Source of the DNA: a virus
Taxonomy: Duplodnaviria > Caudoviricetes
DNA length: 43,537 nucleotides
Reading direction: 5' to 3' (one strand)
Virus record (IMG/VR): IMGVR_UViG_3300017757_000027
Coordinates: 1 to 43,537 of that record
The position numbers were made by a program, and so were the translations under genes. The notes below the pieces were generated by a model. That model saw only the letters and a program-made list of their open reading frames with translations, ran no database searches and was not told the DNA's origin. Below are positions 8,222-17,676 of the stretch, piece after piece (positions within the stretch are counted from its first letter, which is position 1; each line of letters opens with the position of its first letter).

Positions 8222-11200
8222 TTATGATAACTGTGTTAATAATTCTGTCCTGTACCAAGCGAGGGTTGATGACGTTTCAATACATACGCACCAATATCTG
8301 TTCCCCGGACCAAACTCAACGTAAGGGACCATCACTCCTTCTCGTTTTTCTATCTTTGTGCTGCTGTTAAGGGTTGTTGGATGGGTGTAAAGCTCACCGT
8401 TTAAAAGACCTCTAGCTACGGGAACCTGTAGGAACCCATGTCTATTTACAATTGTGTTAAACGGTCCAGTATACCCCAACCAAGTCAATTCTGTTTCAGC
8501 TTGTAATTGATCTGCTGATTGACCTATAGCCCTGTTTAACTTAACGCTGGGTATGGTAGGAGTTTCGGACCTGACGCTCAGAACAGCTTCAGTCGCTTGG
8601 GCGAGAGATTGCGGAGCTTCACCCAGAGTTACATGAGAGTCTTTAGCTGTAATATGATTTGATATCTTAGTTACATTATCTTGCCCGAATGTCCAAGACC
8701 AATAAGAATTTGAGGCGGGGAACGCACCTGCAAGTTCGCCACCGATAAAGATACTGCGACTTGAATCAAGTTTGTAACCCGCAAAATTTCCTATGATGAC
8801 ATTTCTGCCAGCTTCTCTACCGTTAGAATACGCTCCGGCGGCGTAGCCTATCATTATTGATCTGTGCTGATTATAAGTTCTCCATCCGGCTACATTACCT
8901 ATACTTGTAGCGGAGTGTTGGCAGCCTCTGTTGTCTGTGTCAACATGCCCTCCACCGTGATCACCAACTCTTTGTACACCACTACTACCCCAGCCAGAAT
9001 CTTTACCAATGTTTATTGCATCAAAGTTTGCGGCTGCATAGCCCGCTTCCTCTCCAATATTAATAGATTGACCGTTATGCGATAGCAAGGTGGATAAACC
9101 CGCTCCAGCCCTTTGTCCAATCATAACGCTGGAAAATCCAGTAGAGTACAATCCAGCCTGATAGCCAATACTTACAGTTCCAGCGTTGTTGTAAAGATTG
9201 GGACTACTATTATCGCTATGAGGAATTAAATTCACATCACACATCATTGATTCTTTACCAATGGCAATGACGCCTTCAGTGGTGTTTCCACCGAAATTAT
9301 TTCTAAGTGCGTTATTACCGATGATGATTGACTGAACTGGAGATGGATTTGCGCTATGGCTCTGCAATTCTCTACCGGCGTTTTCTCCAATAGCAATTGT
9401 TTCTCTACAGCCAGAGGCTTCATATAGAGATCTTCTACCAATTGCGATTGCATCTCGCATTTGCCAAGATAAACTAGCTGCATCTATACCTATCGCTATT
9501 GCGTGAACAACACCGTCACCACTAGCAAGCGCCATAGCCCTCTTGCCAATAGCTATTGTTCCAGAGTCTCGGTCTGCGAGACCATCGGAACTCAGACTGT
9601 TGTACCCATAAGCTCCACTTGCAGCTTGAACGCCTATAGCTATAACGGATGGCTTTGTATGATCTATGAGGTTGTATACGCTGCTAGTTGTAGAATTAGT
9701 ATTGTCTAAAGCCGGTCGGATGGAGTCTCCAATAGCCATGTTCGCATAAAAATCAGCACCGGCATCTCTACCAATCATTACCGAGTCATCATTATAGCTG
9801 CTTCTAATACCCGCTTTGGTTCCAATAGCAATCATGTCGGTAGATCCACTAGAAGAAACCGCCGCTTGGGAACCCATAACTACTAATCTACGACCCGCCA
9901 AACCGGTTTTTATTGAACTAGTGGTTTCATATCTTGGAACGTCAACACTACCACTGGCAGCATTTAGGCCAATTGCAATAGAGTTTTTAAGATGAGACAC
10001 AGCACCGGCATTTACACCAATACCTACTCCACTCAAAGATGTTTGAGCGTTGTCAAATACTCCAGAACCAATTCTAACTTCGTTGTTATCAAACGCTAGA
10101 TGGTTAAGCTGACCGCTTCCGTGAACATCCATATGGATAGTAGAGTCAACCTTTGTTAGTCCACTTCCAGCATCAATATTTCCAAGATTTATATTATCAA
10201 TATCATGCCTAAACACGCCAGATTGCTCTGCTGTCAAATTCGTCAAAACACCAGACAGCCCGCTTGGATTTAAATTAAGAGTGTTTGAAGTTGGGTCATA
10301 GTGGGTGAGGATACCGCTAACGCCACTAACCGTAAGCGTATCAGCACTAGAGATGGGGTCCACTGGGTTTTTACCATCAGTAAAGTTCCAACCATAGCTA
10401 CCAGCAGAGTTATCTATATCATATCTTAAAACACCGGATAGCCCACTGGCGCTTAATTCTAGTGTGTTTGTAGCACTATTGTAGTTAGTGAAAATACCAC
10501 TCACACCACTAATTGTAACTGTTTCACCCCCAGTCACTGTGTCTGCTGGTTCTAAACCATCGGTTATACTCCAGCTATACGAAGTAGAGTTATCTAAAGC
10601 GTGCTGGAAGACACCAGATAAGCCGCTAGGATTGATCGTTAGTGTTTGTGAAGCTGCGTCAAAGTGAGTACGAACACCGCTAACACCACTAATTGTCACC
10701 ATTTCTGAAGACGAAATCTCTTCTGAATTTGCTAAACCGTCTGTAAGCTTCCAGTGATCATAATTTGAAACTGCTGATAAAACGCCAGATAGTTCATGAG
10801 GATTGATTATTATTCTTGCGCCGCCATCTGCTAATGGTATAAGTTCTGTGGCTATACCCGAAACACCGCTAACATGTAATATTCCATTTTGATGTATGTA
10901 GGCAGTATTGTGATCTGAGCCAGACGCTTGGAATAGATTGCCAACATTTATCTCTATATTGTCATGTAGTGTCAAACCACTACCCATGTGGTAAGCACCG
11001 CTGATAGAAGAACTATCGTTGAAAATTAAACCGCTGGTTGTTATACCTAAGTTCTCACCATTTGATGTAGCTGACCTCCAAGTATTTGAAGAATCTCTCC
11101 AAGTCCACTTTTTATCGCCGGTGTCAACATCGCCGTTCCCAGAAGATCTAACTAAAATACCACCATCGTCAACCAGTGAATCTATATCATCATGCGTGGG

Positions 11201-12604
11201 ATCACCACTTAAAGAAGCTAGCTCTAGTTGTTTATCGTGTATGGTTACATTTGTACTATCAATAAATGTGGTAGTACCTTTAACAAAAAGATCTCCACTA
11301 ACAGTAACGTCTTGCCCAAACACAGCATCGCCAGAAACTAAAACATCCCCGCTGACATGTGCGTTTCCGACAACATCTAAAGTAGCTCGTGGGTCTGTAT
11401 TATTAATACCTAGTCTGTTGCTAGACCTGTTGAAGAATAGTGCATGGTCTGTATCATAAGTAATAACACCGCTTTCTTTATATAGAGCAACACTCCCCGC
11501 TGGAATACTATTAGCGTCTATACCTATGCCCGTGTCTTGAATCACATAAAGTGAAGACAAGTCTGGAATATCATCTAATGTTAGAAATCTAAATGTGGGA
11601 ACTTCTGGGTCACATCCGCATCCGCTTGCTGGACCTGCAAAGATAGTTCCTTTGGCTTGAGTGTGTGAGCATAGTCTCTCATCAACTAAGCCGCTAAGAA
11701 AGAATACGCCGTTTGTCCCTGTCGTAGTGTCAATCTCATTTCTATAAAAAGGCTCTAATTGTCTACCACCAGAAGCCGTTTTTGTATTATCTTGAGGTAA
11801 AGCTAATCCTCCAGAAAAGAATACTCCAGAGCCACCACCAAAGAAGCCAGAAGCTCTAAGTTGAGAGTAACCAATGTCTCCACCGATATCAATAGCAAAA
11901 GAAGGGTTAGACTTGTTAATCCCTAAAGCATTACTAGTGTCAGACCAAACTATTTCTGCGTCATAATTAAGTATATTTTCGCTACCCCATACCGCCACTC
12001 CCCCGTCTCTAGGCTCTTTGAAATCTGAAATTCCAAACCCTGTATGAACAGAGTATTTTCCGGGATATGTGACATATACCTCTTTTATTCCGTAGTCCGG
12101 GAAATTAAAAGGTAGACCTGAAGCATTGTAATCTACACCGCTAGTTCCTCCGTGAAAAGCGGTTTCAGCATGACCGGCATGGTTGCTGGGCATGTAGAAT
12201 GTTTGGCCGGGGTATCCAGAGAAAGTGTGCGTGTGAACGCTAGTCGCTCCTGCTACACCCAAGGCAGCAGATTTAGTCAAGAAAAGCGGATGAAAATAAC
12301 CAGTTTTACCTTCTGTTCCACCACTTGAGCTATCACCATTAACGTAGTATGGACCTGAATTTAAAGCGCTACTTCTAAGTGGATATCTAGTAAGTTTATT
12401 AGTTGATCCATCCAGAATGTATTCACCAGAGCCAACTTCATAGTAAGTACCGTCTGTGGCTGCATAAAATACAGCATCTCCATACTCATAAAAATCACCA
12501 AACGGACTAAACCCTGCGATTTTTCCGTCTAACGTAAAAGCGCCTTGCCCCTGAGTGTGCGAAAGCTCTTTTATTCTATCCGATAATACTACTATGTTAG
12601 ACAT
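8222..12604 (-). CDS. Large fibre/appendage protein (1460 aa)
   Basis: N-terminal SDRIKE anchor domain shared with the 1160-aa fibre; LGIN...P...LDV fibre repeats; three ~60-aa repeats; C-terminal (A/S)xxIGxxA(G) repeats resembling trimeric beta-roll (YadA-head-like) adhesins. Confidence 0.8.
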   Translation of the reverse strand: MSNIVVLSDRIKELSHTQGQGAFTLDGKIAGFSPFGDFYEYGDAVFYAATDGTYYEVGSGEYILDGSTNKLTRYPLRSSALNSGPYYVNGDSSSGGTEGKTGYFHPLFLTKSAALGVAGATSVHTHTFSGYPGQTFYMPSNHAGHAETAFHGGTSGVDYNASGLPFNFPDYGIKEVYVTYPGKYSVHTGFGISDFKEPRDGGVAVWGSENILNYDAEIVWSDTSNALGINKSNPSFAIDIGGDIGYSQLRASGFFGGGSGVFFSGGLALPQDNTKTASGGRQLEPFYRNEIDTTTGTNGVFFLSGLVDERLCSHTQAKGTIFAGPASGCGCDPEVPTFRFLTLDDIPDLSSLYVIQDTGIGIDANSIPAGSVALYKESGVITYDTDHALFFNRSSNRLGINNTDPRATLDVVGNAHVSGDVLVSGDAVFGQDVTVSGDLFVKGTTTFIDSTNVTIHDKQLELASLSGDPTHDDIDSLVDDGGILVRSSGNGDVDTGDKKWTWRDSSNTWRSATSNGENLGITTSGLIFNDSSSISGAYHMGSGLTLHDNIEINVGNLFQASGSDHNTAYIHQNGILHVSGVSGIATELIPLADGGARIIINPHELSGVLSAVSNYDHWKLTDGLANSEEISSSEMVTISGVSGVRTHFDAASQTLTINPSGLSGVFQHALDNSTSYSWSITDGLEPADTVTGGETVTISGVSGIFTNYNSATNTLELSASGLSGVLRYDIDNSAGSYGWNFTDGKNPVDPISSADTLTVSGVSGILTHYDPTSNTLNLNPSGLSGVLTNLTAEQSGVFRHDIDNINLGNIDAGSGLTKVDSTIHMDVHGSGQLNHLAFDNNEVRIGSGVFDNAQTSLSGVGIGVNAGAVSHLKNSIAIGLNAASGSVDVPRYETTSSIKTGLAGRRLVVMGSQAAVSSSGSTDMIAIGTKAGIRSSYNDDSVMIGRDAGADFYANMAIGDSIRPALDNTNSTTSSVYNLIDHTKPSVIAIGVQAASGAYGYNSLSSDGLADRDSGTIAIGKRAMALASGDGVVHAIAIGIDAASLSWQMRDAIAIGRRSLYEASGCRETIAIGENAGRELQSHSANPSPVQSIIIGNNALRNNFGGNTTEGVIAIGKESMMCDVNLIPHSDNSSPNLYNNAGTVSIGYQAGLYSTGFSSVMIGQRAGAGLSTLLSHNGQSINIGEEAGYAAANFDAINIGKDSGWGSSGVQRVGDHGGGHVDTDNRGCQHSATSIGNVAGWRTYNQHRSIMIGYAAGAYSNGREAGRNVIIGNFAGYKLDSSRSIFIGGELAGAFPASNSYWSWTFGQDNVTKISNHITAKDSHVTLGEAPQSLAQATEAVLSVRSETPTIPSVKLNRAIGQSADQLQAETELTWLGYTGPFNTIVNRHGFLQVPVARGLLNGELYTHPTTLNSSTKIEKREGVMVPYVEFGPGNRYWCVCIETSSTLAWYRTELLTQLS
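10243..10755 (-). repeat. Three ~60-aa tandem repeats W-x-x-TDG...SGVSG...SGLSGV in the fibre gene
   Basis: WKLTDG, WSITDG and WNFTDG spaced about 180 and 183 nt apart. Confidence 0.85.
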
Positions 12605-12616
12605 TAAAAACTCCTA

Positions 12617-13612
12617 TTAAGCATTTTCTGAGTAGCTAGGGTCCATTAATTTAAACGGAACATCTCCGAGTGTTTCGTCTGGCTCTGCTCCAAACGCAAC
12701 AAAATCACATATCTCTGCATCTGCATAATCGCCAGTCTCAGTTCTAATCACATACGTTACCGTTCTTGGATTGTCTGTATCGTCTGGGCCATTATTACCC
12801 TGCCTTAAAACAAGACCAACAGTGTTGACAGTCATATCCTCTTTACTTCCAGTGGCTACTGTTCCGTGAGAAGTAGCAAGTGCAACATAATTATTATTAT
12901 CAAAAACACCAGAATTAAAAGTAATTTTAAGTTTTCCGGGAGCTAGTCTTGTAATACCGCTAATATTGTGGTATGACCTGATGGATGGAAGGTTGTCTGT
13001 AGCATCGCCACTGGCATTAAAGTTGCACCAAGCTTTTGCTAAACCCTTGCCGTTTGGTATACTAGATCCATCTCCAAACCTAAGAGTTCCAGAAGTATAT
13101 ATCTCTTGTAGTGTATCTTGAACTGGTACAAATTTAAATCCAACATCACTGTAGCCAGATGCGTTTATCCAGTTAGCGTGACCAACCGGAACATTACCTG
13201 TCAGAACATTGTCTGCTTGATTAACTCCAGTCTTGTGGTAGTACTGAGTATGGGGATGAGAAGTCTGATCTATAATCAAGTTATCATGTATAATACCACC
13301 CTCTCCGGGGTAGGGTACAACCTGAACCAGTGTGGTTTTGCCGTCTGGAGCATTTGGGAAAATTATCCCAGACTCCATGACCAGCTTACCCTCTGCACCC
13401 CCAGCGCCTATACCTGTAGCCGCCACTCTAACATTATTATAAAATCTAAACTCACCATCAGTATCTCCACTAGCCACAATTCTATTTATGGAGTATGCGA
13501 GATCCTCCATGTTGTGACGAATATCTTCTGCTGATATTAATCCAGCATTATTATCCGCTAAATCGGTGCTGATGCTGGCTATCAAATCGCCAGAGCTTTT
13601 CATTGTAGGCAT
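12617..13612 (-). CDS. Virion structural/fibre-associated protein (331 aa)
   Basis: C-terminal AKAWCNFN...IRSYHNISGITR...NY motif common in phage fibre proteins. N-terminal LADN..G.IS..D.R motif shared with the 798-aa protein. Confidence 0.65.
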   Translation of the reverse strand: MPTMKSSGDLIASISTDLADNNAGLISAEDIRHNMEDLAYSINRIVASGDTDGEFRFYNNVRVAATGIGAGGAEGKLVMESGIIFPNAPDGKTTLVQVVPYPGEGGIIHDNLIIDQTSHPHTQYYHKTGVNQADNVLTGNVPVGHANWINASGYSDVGFKFVPVQDTLQEIYTSGTLRFGDGSSIPNGKGLAKAWCNFNASGDATDNLPSIRSYHNISGITRLAPGKLKITFNSGVFDNNNYVALATSHGTVATGSKEDMTVNTVGLVLRQGNNGPDDTDNPRTVTYVIRTETGDYADAEICDFVAFGAEPDETLGDVPFKLMDPSYSENA

Positions 13613-13625
13613 TTAAAGTTCTCCT

Positions 13626-14144
13626 TTAATAATCAAAATATCCGCCAGATCTATGACCCATACGGTTTCTAGAAATTAGATCAGAACCCGGACTGTATGG
13701 GCCGAGTATGGATTGACCACTGACACTGTTACCAGCCCTATAATCTAATAAGGCACTCTCATATTTCTCACACAAATCTTTATACAATACCGCTAAGGTG
13801 CTTGTAACGCCCCTCAAATCTATGGCTGAGGGACCATCTTTAATTGAGATAGCGTTTCCAGATTCTTTCCTGATTTCAGCACCAACAATAATACAAGCAG
13901 CCCTTAGACAAGTAAGGGCTATAAATGGATTATCTTTAGTTTCTTCGTCTGAAGGATCTGGGGAAAGTGTGTTTGCTTCTATATTGATAGAATACACGTT
14001 ATTGAAGTCTATATTCATGATAGATAGTTGAGCAGCAACTAAAATAGATGTTTCTAATCTACTTGTAGAAAAAGTGTATGCAGTTGGGTCAACATCGTTT
14101 ATTAGATGTCTAACTACTGTAGACATAGTACCTTGCCAAGACAT
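13626..14144 (-). CDS. Putative head-tail adaptor (172 aa)
   Basis: VRHLIND...YTFS..RL and AISIKDGPSAID pattern typical of adaptor proteins; appropriate size. Confidence 0.55.
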   Translation of the reverse strand: MSWQGTMSTVVRHLINDVDPTAYTFSTSRLETSILVAAQLSIMNIDFNNVYSINIEANTLSPDPSDEETKDNPFIALTCLRAACIIVGAEIRKESGNAISIKDGPSAIDLRGVTSTLAVLYKDLCEKYESALLDYRAGNSVSGQSILGPYSPGSDLISRNRMGHRSGGYFDY

Positions 14145-14151
14145 AAATCAC

Positions 14152-14466
14152 CTATATATTGCTATGAACTTTAAAAGTATGAACATCTGTAAAATAAGTA
14201 CCGCTAGGAATCACGACTTTAGCTTGCATCTTATAAAAACCAGCTTCGTCTAAATCTCCAGCCACTGTATCGTAAAACATTACGCCAGAGATGCCAAAAT
14301 CTTGTAGGTCGGCATTTCTATTTATGACTACATCGCTAGGTTTTCTTATGTTAACCTGATGGACAGAAGAACCATCCACTCCAGATATATTAACTAAATT
14401 ACCGTCATCTTTAATAGTGATTAAAAATCTAGTACCTATATCGTTTTGATGAATTTCACTTGGCAT
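14152..14466 (-). CDS. BppU-N-like structural domain protein (104 aa)
   Basis: D.G..F.ITI.D...KP...Y...GDLDEAG.Y..QA.V...F.V..N pattern. Confidence 0.55.
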   Translation of the reverse strand: MPSEIHQNDIGTRFLITIKDDGNLVNISGVDGSSVHQVNIRKPSDVVINRNADLQDFGISGVMFYDTVAGDLDEAGFYKMQAKVVIPSGTYFTDVHTFKVHSNI

Positions 14467-14470
14467 TTAT

Positions 14471-14530
14471 TTACCTTACAAGCTCTACTGGTTTTTGTAG
14501 TTGAATACTTAAAGTTATCTCTATAACCAT
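14471..14530 (-). CDS. Putative 19-aa microprotein MVIEITLSIQLQKPVELVR
   Basis: TAATG-coupled to the upstream small ORF; ends 4 nt before the next start. Confidence 0.45.
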   Translation of the reverse strand: MVIEITLSIQLQKPVELVR

Positions 14531-14664
14531 TATGATACTTCCAGAATTAACTCAATTGATGGTTGAATATTTAAAACTATTGCAAATACCTCACCGTTGA
14601 ATTTATTTAACATTTCTTGTGATTCACATATAGATAAATCGCACATTGCTGATGATGAGATCAT
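14530..14664 (-). CDS. Putative 44-aa small protein (MISSSAMCDLSICES...)
   Basis: Fills the gap after the upstream gene; coupled to the next small ORF. Confidence 0.55.
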   Translation of the reverse strand: MISSSAMCDLSICESQEMLNKFNGEVFAIVLNIQPSIELILEVS

Positions 14665-14674
14665 ACTAATAAAC

Positions 14675-14974
14675 CTATGGTGCTAGCGGGTCTGAAATAT
14701 CTATAACTATGTCTAAATCGTCAGTAGCAGCTTCTTTTGCTAACCTAGTTTCATACGACCTAACGTGATCAGAAAGAAAACGTCTAACCATCCTATTAGT
14801 AAAAACATATTTACTTTCTGGATTTGGGATAGTTTCTGGGTTGGTTTCACTAATTTCTTCAATAATATCAAAGTCTGGATTAGAAATATCAGCTTTCCAG
14901 TTGTAATTAGCAGAAACTGCGTCCATAACGCGATCTACATCAGCGTCAGCAATCTCAATAGCAAATTGAGCCAT
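14675..14974 (-). CDS. Hypothetical virion-associated protein (99 aa, NP-rich)
   Basis: AGGAGA SD supports the start at 14974 (MAQFAIEI) rather than 15001. Confidence 0.75.
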   Translation of the reverse strand: MAQFAIEIADADVDRVMDAVSANYNWKADISNPDFDIIEEISETNPETIPNPESKYVFTNRMVRRFLSDHVRSYETRLAKEAATDDLDIVIDISDPLAP

Positions 14975-15016
14975 TATAAATCTCCTGTAAGTAAAAACCA
15001 TCTATCGTTCATATAA

Positions 15017-15024
15017 ATATACAC
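15017..15024 (-). promoter_or_regulatory. Variant promoter motif GTGTATAT
   Basis: Intergenic match to the GTGTATA core upstream of the 14974 gene. Confidence 0.5.
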
Positions 15025-15041
15025 TTTTTAAAGTAAAAACC

Positions 15042-16373
15042 CTAACTAGCTTTTAATCCAACTTGAAGTGCGTTTAATTCAGCCTGAGTGTAATTAGCGT
15101 CAGTTGCTGGGTTTTTTTCTTGTATTTCTTGAAAAGTAGAGAAAGTGCTACCCAATGCCATAGCGCTTCCGTTGTGAACATCTCCGCTAGCCAGATGAAA
15201 AGCGCCGTTTGTCTTTGTAAAGAATTCTAAGTTAGTAGCACCAATTCCATATTTAGCTGTCGTGATATATCTAACACCATTTGCGGTAACAATAGTCTCA
15301 GGATCGGACACCTCAAAAACACCACTTCCGGGATTTGCTAGTGTTGCCACGGTATTAACGTCAAAATCTAATAAATTACCACTAACAGTTCCAGCACTAA
15401 CTGTAAACACATTCGTAAGATCAGTACCGCTAGCTCCGATAGGTAATCCTTGAACTCTCATGTCGGACCCAAGAAAAGTAGTATTGTTGCTTCCCGCATC
15501 ATCTATAAAGTAAAAATCGTCAAAAGTGTGATTATACTCTGCCGTCTGATTTTGACTTGCAGCATGATCTAGTAGAAAAGCATTCAAGAAAATTACTTCG
15601 TGAAGATTTGCGCATTGATTATTTGAAACAGCATTGCCATCGCTATCTACCTGAACAGAGTCGTTTAGTCTTAATTCCAAATCATAGTTTTTACTAGAGT
15701 TTTCAACTACTTGACATTCTATTGTGTACCATGTATCGGCAACCATTGCGGTTGCTCCAGTACCTAGAGCGCTATGATCCGTTGTAGAACCGCCCGCATT
15801 AACATATTCATCTTGAACAAAGTTGTGCGATTTGTAGCTAACGGTAGTCTGAACAGCGTCAGAAGAAGGACTTGAAGCACGACCAGCCCTAAAAGTTCTA
15901 GCGTACGTGGCATTAGAATTATTAAACAAGTATGCTTTTAGATAACCGGAAGAGTTATAAGATATTATTAACATAGGATTGCCACTGTTGTCAGCAATTG
16001 AAGCAATAACAGTCTCGTGCGTGTGGTTAATATTAGATGTTTTAAACGCAAAACCAAACGTAAAGCTCCCTAAAGCTTGTTGCTCTGGAAATGGAATTCT
16101 TGACCAAGTTCCAACATTCCCGTTATAATAACTGTAGCCGTCTTCAGAATCATAACTTCCACGATTTTGGAATTGCTCATTATTTAATTGAATTCCGCTG
16201 CTACCGGCGTATCTTCCGGCAACATCAAACACGGTGACAGCCCCCGGCGCTGAGTGATAACCGCCCGTATCAAGGTCTGATCGCGCCGCTTGGTGAGACA
16301 TATCTATCCCGCCAAGGGCGCTTTTGGTTGTTGAATTTATTACATCAAAACCTTCTATATGAAGTAGGGTCAT
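15042..16373 (-). CDS. Virion protein with LamG/ConA-like beta-sandwich character (443 aa)
   Basis: MTLLHIEGFD start, WYTIECQV...ELRLN, DDFYFID...FLG and NPAT...AELNALQVG motifs seen in phage structural proteins. Confidence 0.55.
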   Translation of the reverse strand: MTLLHIEGFDVINSTTKSALGGIDMSHQAARSDLDTGGYHSAPGAVTVFDVAGRYAGSSGIQLNNEQFQNRGSYDSEDGYSYYNGNVGTWSRIPFPEQQALGSFTFGFAFKTSNINHTHETVIASIADNSGNPMLIISYNSSGYLKAYLFNNSNATYARTFRAGRASSPSSDAVQTTVSYKSHNFVQDEYVNAGGSTTDHSALGTGATAMVADTWYTIECQVVENSSKNYDLELRLNDSVQVDSDGNAVSNNQCANLHEVIFLNAFLLDHAASQNQTAEYNHTFDDFYFIDDAGSNNTTFLGSDMRVQGLPIGASGTDLTNVFTVSAGTVSGNLLDFDVNTVATLANPGSGVFEVSDPETIVTANGVRYITTAKYGIGATNLEFFTKTNGAFHLASGDVHNGSAMALGSTFSTFQEIQEKNPATDANYTQAELNALQVGLKAS

Positions 16374-17017
16374 AATAACTCTCCGATTAAGTTTTGTATT
16401 TTATTTTGATCTTTACCTAAGTAAGTGCCGACAGCAACACGCTCAGTCTCAGTGTAGATTGAATGCCAAAAAGGTGAGAATGTATCTCTTATATAGAAAA
16501 ATCTAAAATTCCAACCTTTACTTTCTAAACAATCAACGAACTCCCCGTTGTCATCTTCATATCTAAAATATGATTTAGCGTCTTCTACACAGTATGTGCA
16601 GTAAATCCTCCATCCAACCCTTGAGTTATTATGCCAACCCATGTAACCATTCTTGGGGTACAGCATCCTTCCGGTGTTAAAACAATCTTGTTTAGGTAGG
16701 TCTGAGTTTTTAGAAATAAAAGAAGAAATCTTGTCTAACATTTCTGAACCAAAATTTTCACCCCCAACATTTTCTCCTAAAGGTATGGTAGACTTAACAG
16801 TTGAATTTGAATTTGAAGATATATACTTGCCCTGTTTTAACTTGACGCTTTCCTTCACCAAGTCTAAAAACTCTCTACTGGTGTAATACTCATTGTTTCT
16901 TTGTTCTACAGAGTATCCTTTTAAAATGTCTCGTTTTTCTAGCACCCCACTTAACGATTCAGACAGTTCTGCTTTTAGATCGTCTCTAAGTAAATAGTGC
17001 CTTCTATTAATTATCAT
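16370..17017 (-). CDS. 2OG-Fe(II) oxygenase-like (DSBH) protein
   Basis: YP.NGYMGWHNN...FWHSIY...RVAVG motif. The ATGA overlap supports a start at 17017 (ORF track gives 17056). Confidence 0.55.
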   Translation of the reverse strand: MIINRRHYLLRDDLKAELSESLSGVLEKRDILKGYSVEQRNNEYYTSREFLDLVKESVKLKQGKYISSNSNSTVKSTIPLGENVGGENFGSEMLDKISSFISKNSDLPKQDCFNTGRMLYPKNGYMGWHNNSRVGWRIYCTYCVEDAKSYFRYEDDNGEFVDCLESKGWNFRFFYIRDTFSPFWHSIYTETERVAVGTYLGKDQNKIQNLIGELL

Positions 17018-17676
17018 GCTCTCAAACCTCTCCAGTCTTGACATATCCTTTGACACACCTCTCTACCTAAAGCAATCTTCCACTCAAAAGAGTTTGCAGA
17101 AGCTTTTCTTCCCTGATATAATTTTCCATGTTCTGACTTTGGGCAGTTGTATATTCTGTAGTTGAACCCTTGCTTGGTGGTTGATTTTCTAATCGCGTTA
17201 TTGTCAGCTTCATGATAAATATACTCAAAACCATCGTCAGATTCGGTCCAAGAAATACTTAAAACCCAAAATCCTGATATTCCGTAGTCATTATGTAGTC
17301 CAATAAATCCATCTACGGGGAAAAATTTTAATACATCAATCATTGTGGGGCAACCAAGTCCTCTGGTCCCTACAAAGAAATTAAAATATTTATATCCTAA
17401 TTCATTTATAGCTTGAATCTCAGGGTTTGTAGATGTTCCTTCTTCACTGCCAAAAGTAGCGATTCTAGACACAGCCGCCGGAACAGACTCGCTTGTATCA
17501 ATAGCGTTCAATGTTTCCATAGAAAACTCATTGTTCACATCAAAATCATCTGGTAGATTAAGAGCATTATTGTATTGAGATAAATCTCCCAAAGAATCTA
17601 TCTCTGGCTGTATTTCTGCTTCTATCGCGCTAAAAACACTAGCGTCCTTTAATTTATACATTCCGGGGTAAATCAT
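17014..17676 (-). CDS. Divergent 2OG-Fe(II) oxygenase-like paralog (220 aa)
   Basis: FPVDGFIGLHND aligns with YPKNGYMGWHNN; the distal His appears replaced (LYQ). Confidence 0.45.
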   Translation of the reverse strand: MIYPGMYKLKDASVFSAIEAEIQPEIDSLGDLSQYNNALNLPDDFDVNNEFSMETLNAIDTSESVPAAVSRIATFGSEEGTSTNPEIQAINELGYKYFNFFVGTRGLGCPTMIDVLKFFPVDGFIGLHNDYGISGFWVLSISWTESDDGFEYIYHEADNNAIRKSTTKQGFNYRIYNCPKSEHGKLYQGRKASANSFEWKIALGREVCQRICQDWRGLRA

